From: Candidatus Brocadia sp.
GTDB taxonomy: Bacteria > Planctomycetota > Brocadiia > Brocadiales > Brocadiaceae
NCBI GenBank assembly: GCA_021650915.1
Contig: CP091279.1
Coordinates: 3,960,001 to 3,992,000, forward strand
Reading direction: 5' to 3'
Length of the DNA: 32,000 bases
Shown here: piece after piece, positions 25,445 to 32,000 of the stretch
Layout: every line of letters starts with the position of its first letter
How positions within the stretch are numbered: the first letter of the stretch is position 1
The notes under the pieces: model-generated
Told to the model about the DNA's origin: nothing
The model's database searches: none
The model's input: the letters and a program-made list of their open reading frames with translations, nothing else
Program-made: the position numbers and the translations under genes

Positions 25445-26515
25445 TTACTGGTGGTCAGTTACTTTTTTCAATGCAGCAATAAGCCTCATGTTTTCCTCCC
25501 GTGTCCTTACTGCGACGCGAAAATACGTATCGTCGAGGCCGGTAAAGTTGGAGCAGTCACGAATGGCAATACCGAGATCCAACAAGCGTCCGCGCAACCA
25601 GGAGGAAGTTACGCCGTCCCTCTTGATTTTGATAAAAAGATAATTCGCCGTAGGTTCATACGGCGAAAGCCCGTGGATCCCAGACAATTCGTGAAACAAA
25701 AATGATCGTTCCTGGAACATAAACCTTCTACTCCTGGAAATGAACTCACCGTCTTCCATAGCCGTCATGGCGGCATATTGAGCCAGGGTATTTACAGACC
25801 ACGGTTCCTTGTACGCCATCATTTTTTTCACTAAATCCGCATGGGCTGCAAGGTATCCTATCCGTATGCCGGGAAAGCCGTAAAATTTTGTAAGCGATCT
25901 GACCACAATCAAATTGTGTGTGGTAATCGTCTCATTGATAACGCTGTATCTCTCTGGTTCATCAACAAAATCGATAAATGCCTCATCCACGACAAACAGG
26001 GTATGGGGATGTTGTTGTGCCATGTCGAGAATAACGGCCTTTTCAACCAACTGCCCTGTTGGGTTATTGGGGTTACAGAAAAAGGCGATCTCTGCTTTTT
26101 TATCATAAAAATCGCACGCTGAACCGGTAAAACAAAAATTGTCTTCCTCCTTTAACATAATATTCAGCACTTCTGTGTGGGTTGATTTCAATGCCTCAGC
26201 AAATTCACTGAAGGTAGGCTGAAAGACAATTCCTTTGGCCGGCCTGAGTGCACGCGGGATCAGATAAAATAACTCCGTGGAGCCATTCCCCACAATGATT
26301 TCATCTTCAGAATGTCCAATTTTCCGCGCAATGTATTTTCTCAGGGCGGCGCAATCAATATCGGGATAATGCAGGATGTCATCAAAATTTTCCTGTATGA
26401 CTTCTCTGACTTTTTGCGGATATCCAAGGGGATTGATGCTGGCGCTAAAATCGAGGATGCCATTATTTCCCTGATTCATAAGATGAGTTATATTGCCGCC
26501 GTGACCGTGAAACAT
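25445..26515 (-). CDS. cobD: L-threonine-O-3-phosphate decarboxylase CobD (class I/II aminotransferase fold)
   Basis: 356-aa ORF with N-terminus MFHGHGGN...ILDFSASINPLGYP, characteristic of CobD. A PLP-fold body with ...VRSLTKFYGFPGIRIGY (Lys) follows. The SD is AAGGAGAG, and the gene sits between cbiO and cobQ. Confidence 0.85.
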   Translation of the reverse strand: MFHGHGGNITHLMNQGNNGILDFSASINPLGYPQKVREVIQENFDDILHYPDIDCAALRKYIARKIGHSEDEIIVGNGSTELFYLIPRALRPAKGIVFQPTFSEFAEALKSTHTEVLNIMLKEEDNFCFTGSACDFYDKKAEIAFFCNPNNPTGQLVEKAVILDMAQQHPHTLFVVDEAFIDFVDEPERYSVINETITTHNLIVVRSLTKFYGFPGIRIGYLAAHADLVKKMMAYKEPWSVNTLAQYAAMTAMEDGEFISRSRRFMFQERSFLFHELSGIHGLSPYEPTANYLFIKIKRDGVTSSWLRGRLLDLGIAIRDCSNFTGLDDTYFRVAVRTREENMRLIAALKKVTDHQ

Positions 26516-26562
26516 GGCTCTCCTTGTGCGCTGAGATATTAACGTGAATATGTTTTATTGCA

Positions 26563-26593
26563 CACGGACAAACAAAGTTTGTCCGTGCCACCC
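26563..26593. repeat. Palindromic intergenic element, copy 3 (CACGGACAAAC-AAA-GTTTGTCCGTG + CCACCC)
   Basis: A perfect 11-bp inverted repeat plus the CCACCC tail lies between the cbiO stop and the cobD start. Confidence 0.8.
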
Positions 26594-26623
26594 GAAAACC
26601 AGCATGAAAAAGATAACAAATTC

Positions 26624-27496
26624 CTATTCAATCAGGCTGCGGGTAATGCCTGAAAAATTACTGTTGAGCTTGTGCGCCAAAAACTTTCTCGCTTCTCCTA
26701 TGGTAAGAGGCAAGGTATCCATAGGGAGATTATCTTCGTCCCGCAAGATTTGCATTAACTGAGCAATCTGGGGGAGTTCCAGACATGCATGTCGTACTGC
26801 CTCTTGCTGTGAAAATACGTATTCCGGAGTACCTGTCAGCAAAACATTGCCGTGGTACATGATTGCCAGGCGATCCATATAGACCGGCGCCAGGTCTACG
26901 GTATTGGTTGCCATAATGATGGTAATGCCGTGCCCGCCATTCAGGTCTTTCAGCAAATTCATGATGGAGGTAACACCGGCCGGATCAAGGCCACAGGTAG
27001 GCTCATCCAGCACAAGGATTTCGGGCTTCATGGCAAGCACGCCTGCAATACAAACACGCTTCCTTTGCCCGAAGCTCAGCGCATCTACGGTCTTCTTCGC
27101 ATAAGGCTCCATATCAACCAGAGACAGTGCCTCGTCCACCCTGCCAGCAATCTCGTCCCTGGACAAACCCAGATTCATGGGGCCAAAGGCGACGTCCTCC
27201 CAAACGGTCGGGGCAAACAACTGGTCATTCGGGTCCTGGAATACCAACCCCACTTTTTGAAATAGCGTCTTCGGTGGATAGGAGGCAAAGGATCTTTGCT
27301 CCAACACGATTTCTCCCTCTGTCGGTTTCAGTAAACCATTGAGGTGTTTTAGCAGGGTTGTCTTCCCTGACCCGTTGGGCCCGAGGATGGCTAAAAATTC
27401 GCCTTTTTTGATATCAAGAGAGACACCCTGTAAGGCAGCCGTTCCGTCATGATACCGGTACTGGATATTTCTGACCTGCAGAATCACCATATGCAT
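26624..27496 (-). CDS. cbiO: ECF-transporter ATPase CbiO (cobalt import)
   Basis: 290-aa ORF with Walker A (GPNGSGKTT), Q-loop, ABC signature (LSFGQRKR) and Walker B (ILVLDEP). It overlaps the cbiQ end. Confidence 0.9.
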   Translation of the reverse strand: MHMVILQVRNIQYRYHDGTAALQGVSLDIKKGEFLAILGPNGSGKTTLLKHLNGLLKPTEGEIVLEQRSFASYPPKTLFQKVGLVFQDPNDQLFAPTVWEDVAFGPMNLGLSRDEIAGRVDEALSLVDMEPYAKKTVDALSFGQRKRVCIAGVLAMKPEILVLDEPTCGLDPAGVTSIMNLLKDLNGGHGITIIMATNTVDLAPVYMDRLAIMYHGNVLLTGTPEYVFSQQEAVRHACLELPQIAQLMQILRDEDNLPMDTLPLTIGEARKFLAHKLNSNFSGITRSLIE

Positions 27497-28272
27497 CTGT
27501 TTCCCACATAAATAAGGATAGGTATGATAAGAACCATCCCTGTAAACGAGGCGTATTCCTTCTTTCTCCAGGGTGATAGGGGCATTGTCAGGATGCCGCC
27601 GCCTTCATATCCCCGGGCGTACATTGCTTCGTGAGTCCGTTCTGCCCTGTCAAACGCGCGGATAATAAGGAGTCCGCCCAGTATGCCCAGAGATCGTATC
27701 GTTTTTTTCCATGAGGCATGACCCAATCGTGATTTTTGAGCAGTCCACATCGCAGATACTTCATCGAGGAGCAGAAATATATACCGGTACATAAAGGCCA
27801 GGATTTCAATAACGGTATGTGGCAGGCGAAACCACGTCATACCCGAGCACAGACGGCTAATTGTTGTGGTAAACGAAAATAGCATGAGTAATGAAACACC
27901 GCCCAGTACCTTGCTGCAGACATGAAGGCCGTTCCGAACCCCTTCTTCTTTGAAGACGAGGTTGTAGCCCGGGATGGAAAGGGAAAACCATACCCGTTCC
28001 CCCTCATGCAGACCCTTCACAAGCAAGATGAGCATTGCAAGCATCATGGGCAGAGCCATGTTTCGAATGATTGCCATAAGAGGGATTTTTATGGAAAAGA
28101 GTAAGAGAAAAGATGCCACAAAAAAACACAACGGAACGGTTACATTCTTCGCCCATATATTTATGAAAAGGAGCGACACGACATACAGCATTTTTATTCT
28201 TACGTCAACCCTTGTCAGCCAATTATCCCGGCGGGCATAGAGGTCAGAAAACGTGTGGTGTAAAAACCCCAT
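27484..28272 (-). CDS. cbiQ: ECF-transporter transmembrane (T) component CbiQ
   Basis: 262-aa polytopic membrane ORF with the CbiQ/EcfT pattern (...DVRIKMLYVV..., C-terminal ...AFDRAERTHEAMYARGY, the conserved coupling-helix ARG motif). It lies between the cbiN-like gene and cbiO. Confidence 0.85.
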   Translation of the reverse strand: MGFLHHTFSDLYARRDNWLTRVDVRIKMLYVVSLLFINIWAKNVTVPLCFFVASFLLLFSIKIPLMAIIRNMALPMMLAMLILLVKGLHEGERVWFSLSIPGYNLVFKEEGVRNGLHVCSKVLGGVSLLMLFSFTTTISRLCSGMTWFRLPHTVIEILAFMYRYIFLLLDEVSAMWTAQKSRLGHASWKKTIRSLGILGGLLIIRAFDRAERTHEAMYARGYEGGGILTMPLSPWRKKEYASFTGMVLIIPILIYVGNRCIW

Positions 28273-28456
28273 AGTACCTTAATTTCTTATGTTTTGACCG
28301 ATTTGGAGAATAATAAGTGCCAAATAACAAGCGCCAAATATCAAACAAATTCCAATGAACTACTTCCGAAATTCAAAACAAAGAATTTGATTCATTTGTG
28401 TACGGGTAACTTGGAATTTATTTGAGATTTGGAATTTACGATTTATGATTTGTATT

Positions 28457-28789
28457 TTATTTCTCATAGAAAAGTCTCCGCACATTAAATCCCATGACGA
28501 ACCCCCCAATAACCCCGGCAAGAGTAAATACAAAAAGAAGCAGATCTCCCTGGTCGGTATTAATATAAGGATCACGGGGCGGACGGCCGTATTTCGACGC
28601 ATATTTACCTACAATACTTACGTCAATACCCGTCCATGCCCCTTCTTCAGATGTTTGCATTACCCCTCCATCAGGATTGTTTCCGGGATTTTCTGCAAAT
28701 GCACAGAAGGCTGCAGAGAGTAATACCGCCATGGCAAGAAGAGTGCATGGGATGATTGGCAACTTATTTCCCGATGGGTTTTGTGTCAT
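28457..28789 (-). CDS. cbiN: CbiN-like small membrane component of the cobalt ECF transporter
   Basis: 110-aa ORF with two hydrophobic helices flanking a soluble loop. The C-terminal helix (GDLLLFVFTLAGVIGGFVMGF) resembles the CbiN 'GE.ESLLF.LQ...G' segment. It occupies the cbiN position in the M-N-Q-O order and overlaps the cbiM end. Confidence 0.6.
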   Translation of the reverse strand: MTQNPSGNKLPIIPCTLLAMAVLLSAAFCAFAENPGNNPDGGVMQTSEEGAWTGIDVSIVGKYASKYGRPPRDPYINTDQGDLLLFVFTLAGVIGGFVMGFNVRRLFYEK

Positions 28790-29531
28790 TTCTGATTACT
28801 CCAAGATTGAGCAAAATACCTGGACGTCGTTTGTAAATAAAGACCATTACAAACCCCACCACGGCGCCCTCAACGAGACAGAGGATTCCCTGTGAGGTCA
28901 TCATAAACACTGCAAATATTTCAGCAGTCGCCCGAAAAAATGATTCACCGTTCCTGATCACAAGCAATCCTAACTCAAGCGAGGTGCCAAGATACGTAAA
29001 GATATCCGAGACCACACCGGCAAGAAATCCGCACCAAAAGAGCGGCAACCGGCATCGCTGTGCCATTTTAAAGGCAAAATACCCGGAAAAGGATCCCAGA
29101 ATTCCCATCGAGAAGATATTTCCTCCCAGCGTCGTCAACCCTCCATGGGCAAGGAACAATGCCTGAATCAGCAAGGCGATGCCCGCAACCAGCACACTAA
29201 CAAAGGGCCCCAGCAACACGGCGCTCAGGCCCGTGCCGCATGGATGGGAAGTCGCCATGCCATTCAGGGCAATGACGGGGATGGGAAAACAGGAAAACAC
29301 AAACACCGCAGCCCCCAACAGCCCAACGAGAGGCAGGTAACCTGGCATCGACCTCTTCTTCCGCTTTACCTGATAGATACCGATGCCTACGAAAGGCGTC
29401 GATACGGCAAACCAGGTAGCAAACCACTCAAAAGGCAGAATTCCTTCCGTGATGTGCATCGCTTCCGCCGTATGTGTCGCAGCAAAAAATAGCAGAAAAA
29501 TCAAGAAAACGGTAGATATTATTCTTGTCAA
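28764..29531 (-). CDS. cbiM: ECF substrate-capture component CbiM
   Basis: 255-aa ORF with a TTG start after AAGGGGA. The signal-like segment ends ...HTAEA, then comes MHITEGILP, the conserved CbiM/NikM N-terminus that binds the metal. Multiple TM helices follow. Confidence 0.9.
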   Translation of the reverse strand: MTRIISTVFLIFLLFFAATHTAEAMHITEGILPFEWFATWFAVSTPFVGIGIYQVKRKKRSMPGYLPLVGLLGAAVFVFSCFPIPVIALNGMATSHPCGTGLSAVLLGPFVSVLVAGIALLIQALFLAHGGLTTLGGNIFSMGILGSFSGYFAFKMAQRCRLPLFWCGFLAGVVSDIFTYLGTSLELGLLVIRNGESFFRATAEIFAVFMMTSQGILCLVEGAVVGFVMVFIYKRRPGILLNLGVIRNDTKPIGK

Positions 29532-29550
29532 TGTATTCCCCTTGTCGAAA

Positions 29551-29592
29551 CAAAAAAACCCATGTCTCCGGTAAGGAAGACATGGGTTTTAG
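29551..29592 (-). terminator. Intrinsic terminator/attenuator immediately upstream of cbiM
   Basis: The minus strand reads AAAACCCATGTCT-tccttaccgg-AGACATGGGTTTTTTTG, an 11-13 bp stem plus a U7 run. It ends about 20 nt before the cbiM start and lies 3' of the cobalamin riboswitch. Confidence 0.75.
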
Positions 29593-29837
29593 AAAAACTG
29601 TAAGACCATAGATTTCATACAGGGTGCAGATAAAATTTTGTGTCAGCTCACCGCCGGGCAGAGATCACGGGAAAAAACGACGGGCGCTTTTTGTGCTCTT
29701 TCCTTAAAACCCCGGCATTCTCCGCTCCATGCGCAACCGACACAACACACTTTTTCTTTTTTATCTGAATACTCTGAAAAATCTGTGGGTCCGTTTATAC
29801 CCTTCACCTTCTTTACCATCGAAGACAACGTGAAGTA

Positions 29838-30030
29838 ATTACAGGCAGGTCTTCTGGCTCCCGGATCATCCAACCGGCCACCCTTCCCAGAAAGCCGTTT
29901 CGACGGTATTTCCAGTGGTATTGTGACCTTCGTCCCCGGTTACAGCGGCGGGTCCGCTCCCTGTCTCTTGTGATAACGAGTCATGGATTCCCTTTTATCT
30001 CCCGCATTTTTGCGGGAGCGTTACCTGTAA
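29838..30030 (-). promoter_or_regulatory. Cobalamin riboswitch (short variant) of the cbiMNQO-cobD-cobQ operon
   Basis: The minus strand reads CTCCCGCAAAAATGCGGGAG hairpin, AAAAGGGAATCC ... GGGAGCGGACCCGCCGCTGTAACCGGGGACGAAGG ... CCACTGGAAATACCGTCGAAACGGCTTTCTGGGAAGGGTGG ... GGGAGCCAGAAGACCTGCCTG (B12 box). Confidence 0.85.
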
Positions 30031-30255
30031 TTCATCTTATTATTGGGAAAGAACTATTTTAAACACGCAGAGCGATTCTACTTTAAATACGCTCTTCGTG
30101 TCAAACAAATTGTTTTTTCTTGCCGTTTGGCAATCACACACACTTCGTCATTTTTCCTTTGATTCTCCATCACAAGAAATATACAATATCGCCTGATGTT
30201 CATTTGTGATTTGAGCTTGTGCGCAATTTTCTTGCTAAAGGGGGATATAATTTAC

Positions 30256-31416
30256 ATGAGATTGAAAAGAGACGTCCATCCGGTTTTTCTTCCTGCGGTA
30301 ATGCTTATCATTCTTATGCTCATGGGATCAGGCTGTGCCATGTTTAAGAAAAAAACACTTTTAGTTCCGCGAGAAGCAGGGGATACCCTCGTGGAGATTA
30401 CCGACCCCACACAACTTCCTCAGTTTAGAGACGATTACAGCCGTGATTCCCTCTTGCAATCGATCGATCATAGCCTTGACTACTTTAAGAGAGTGAAGGC
30501 GAATCCGTATGGTTTTCATATGGATGGTTTTTCACACGAAAATCTGGAAGATTCCCTAAAGTTCTTTCGGGAAGGTTTTTTACGCTGCAGAGACACTGCG
30601 GAGATCAACGATTTCATCGTAAAAAACTTCAGGGTCTTTCAGGCCATAGGAAAGGCTTACGAGGGACAGGTGCATTTCACCGGTTATGGAACGCCCATCT
30701 ACGATGGAAGCCTCACCCCAACCGGAGAATTTCGCTATCCCCTTTATAAAATCCCGCCAGACTTCAGGAAACCTTATTATACCCGGAGTGAGATCGAGGA
30801 CCGCAATCTCTTAAAAGGACTTGAAATTGCCTATCTCAAATCCAAACTGGACGCCTACCTCATTCACGTTCAGGGATCGGGGCAAATACGGCTTGCGTCG
30901 GGTGAAAAGGTCTATGTGGGGTACGGCGCTGATTCAGGCCACAAATATAGCAGTATTGGGCGTATGCTCGTTATGGACGGGAAGATTCCCGAAGAGGAAT
31001 TGACCCTTTCGACGCTCATTGCCTATTTTAACCAGCACCCGGGTGAACTCGATTCTTACCTCAGGAAAAACGACCGCTATATCTTTTTCAAGCGGGTCAA
31101 CTATGCAACCCCCTACGGCTCTATCGGCGTGCCGGTAACTCCTATGAGGAGTATCGCCACCGACAAAAAGGTCTTCCCGGCTGGTGGTTTGGCCTTTGCA
31201 GTTATCGAACCAAAGAAGGCAAAGAAGACCTGGAAGTTTTGGGAAAAAGGGACGAGCGGGACAGAAAAATCGTTCTTTGTTCTCGATCAGGATACGGGAA
31301 GCGCCATTCAGACCCCGGCCAGGGCAGATGTCTATTTCGGAATCGGAGACCAGGCAATGTATGAGGCCGGGAGCTTAAATACCTACGGACGACTCTATTA
31401 TTTCCTGAAACGGTAG
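30256..31416 (+). CDS. mltA: Membrane-bound lytic murein transglycosylase A (MltA) lipoprotein
   Basis: The start is set at MRLKRDVHPVFLPAVMLIILMLMGSGC (a lipobox-like LMGSGC) rather than the track start at 30196. MltA motifs are present (VHFTGYGTPIYDGS...FRYPLY, YLIHVQGSGQIRL..G..VYVGYGADSGHKYSSIGR) along with a C-terminal 3D domain (LDQDTGSAIQTPARADVYFGIGDQA). Confidence 0.85.
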   Translation: MRLKRDVHPVFLPAVMLIILMLMGSGCAMFKKKTLLVPREAGDTLVEITDPTQLPQFRDDYSRDSLLQSIDHSLDYFKRVKANPYGFHMDGFSHENLEDSLKFFREGFLRCRDTAEINDFIVKNFRVFQAIGKAYEGQVHFTGYGTPIYDGSLTPTGEFRYPLYKIPPDFRKPYYTRSEIEDRNLLKGLEIAYLKSKLDAYLIHVQGSGQIRLASGEKVYVGYGADSGHKYSSIGRMLVMDGKIPEEELTLSTLIAYFNQHPGELDSYLRKNDRYIFFKRVNYATPYGSIGVPVTPMRSIATDKKVFPAGGLAFAVIEPKKAKKTWKFWEKGTSGTEKSFFVLDQDTGSAIQTPARADVYFGIGDQAMYEAGSLNTYGRLYYFLKR

Positions 31417-31527
31417 TTCGCCATGGCTCACTTTAACCGATTTCAGGAAAGGAGATCAGGGCAAAATATTACAATTTTCTCTTGACATTGGCCCGTATTA
31501 GATATATCTTCATATACTCAATAATTT

Positions 31528-31610
31528 CGACAAAGGTAAACTCTGAGTGATCAGGGGGCGCAAAGTAAAGGGTCTTTCTCCACAGTTGAGATAGAGTGCA
31601 TCTCTTATAA
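31528..31610 (+). promoter_or_regulatory. Candidate c-di-GMP-I (GEMM-I)-like leader element (tentative)
   Basis: acAAAGGTAAACt-CTGA-GTGA-TCAG-gGGGCGCAAAGtaaaGGGTCT resembles the GEMM-I 5' half (AAA.GGCAAAC, GNRA-capped hairpin, GACGCAAAGCC..GGG.C). A second hairpin follows (TCTTTCTC..GAGATAGA). I could not convincingly find the 3' half of the motif. A possible TTGACA -35 lies at 31482-31487. Confidence 0.3.
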
Positions 31611-31613
31611 AAT

Positions 31614-31672
31614 AAAAAGATAGCCTTACTGCCGAAGCATTGTAATATTTAGCAGTAAGGCTATCTTTTTAG
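31614..31672 (+). terminator. Intrinsic terminator (A-tract/stem/T-tract, potentially bidirectional)
   Basis: AAAAAGATAGCCTTACTGC (31614-31632) and GCAGTAAGGCTATCTTTTT (31652-31670) form a perfect 14-bp GC/AT stem flanked by A5 and T5. Confidence 0.75.
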
Positions 31673-31837
31673 TAATAACCGTAAAGGGATTGTTTGTCTT
31701 TAGCATGATTTTATTAAATACTCATACATAAAAGGGAGTATATAAGCCGCCTAAACGGCAAAGGAGTTGGCTCATGTTACAGGAAGCAAGAGGGCTCCTT
31801 TTAAAGATCATGTGTCTTTTTTAGAAAGGAGGAGTAA

Positions 31838-32000
31838 ATGAGGTTAAGGAATAGTATGTACAAATTGTTGTGTATTTCTGGCTTGATGTCGTTTGCACTT
31901 TACGGGTGCGGAATGTTCAAATATGAAGCTGGTGTCGAGCATGATAAGCCACCGTACTATCATGGACACGTTGAAGATGAACCACCGGCAAGGCACCTTC
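31838..32000 (+). CDS. Putative lipoprotein, 5' part only (runs off the window)
   Basis: The ATG lies 6 nt after AAAGGAGGAG. The sequence MRLRNSMYKLLCISGLMSFALYGCGMFKYEAGVEHDKPP... has a signal peptide with a lipobox-like LYGC. The frame stays open to the window end. It is too short to appear in the ORF track. Confidence 0.5.
   Translation, partial: MRLRNSMYKLLCISGLMSFALYGCGMFKYEAGVEHDKPPYYHGHVEDEPPARHL

Noticed and set aside
28317-28336. TGGCGC...TGGCAC strings on the minus strand of the cbiN-cbiQ spacer, considered as a sigma-54 promoter.
   Set aside because: The GG-N10-GC spacing of the -24/-12 consensus is not satisfied for either TGGC element.
31774-31824. 16-codon ORF (MLQEARGLLLKIMCLF) with an AAAGGAG SD upstream of the partial lipoprotein gene.
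   Set aside because: It is too short to evaluate, has no recognisable leader-peptide logic, and could be chance. It is mentioned only as a possibility for ribosome-profiling data.

Overview
The window is almost entirely minus-strand coding. It reads as a cobalamin (B12) acquisition and late-biosynthesis super-locus of a bacterium with a Gram-negative-type envelope (TonB-dependent receptors, ExbBD, MltA). The taxon cannot be named from sequence alone. Mobile and defence DNA has invaded the locus.

Four cobalamin riboswitches can be read directly on the minus strand (B12 boxes such as AGCCAGGAGACCTG and AGTCAGAAGACCTGCC, plus the AGGGAA...CCGC.ACTGTAA core). They control three units:
1. A TonB-dependent receptor with exbB and exbD (44-3775).
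2. A BtuB-like receptor, a secreted DUF4430 (transcobalamin-like) protein, a 1378-aa CobN-family protein with a signal peptide and a C-terminal membrane anchor, a MotA/ExbB-like channel and a DUF2149 protein (4081-13135). Two different riboswitches in tandem precede this unit.
3. The cobalt ECF transporter cbiM, a cbiN-like gene, cbiQ and cbiO, followed by cobD and cobQ (22324-30030).

Several elements are inserted between these units:
- A Type III R-M system whose mod and res genes are separated by an AlbA_2/HATPase_c_4 gene (13200-19758).
- An outer-membrane beta-barrel gene.
- A duplicated cobQ 3' fragment.
- A mazEF toxin-antitoxin pair.
- Two tandem ~230-bp hairpin-containing repeats.
- An ISLre2/ISKra4-like IS.

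The right end carries mltA (+), a possible GEMM-I-like leader with an intrinsic terminator, and the start of a lipoprotein gene.

The most unusual candidate system is the riboswitch-controlled, apparently extracytoplasmic CobN-like protein paired with a MotA/ExbB-DUF2149 module, with no AAA+ chelatase partner in the window. All family assignments come from reading motifs by eye. No searches were run.
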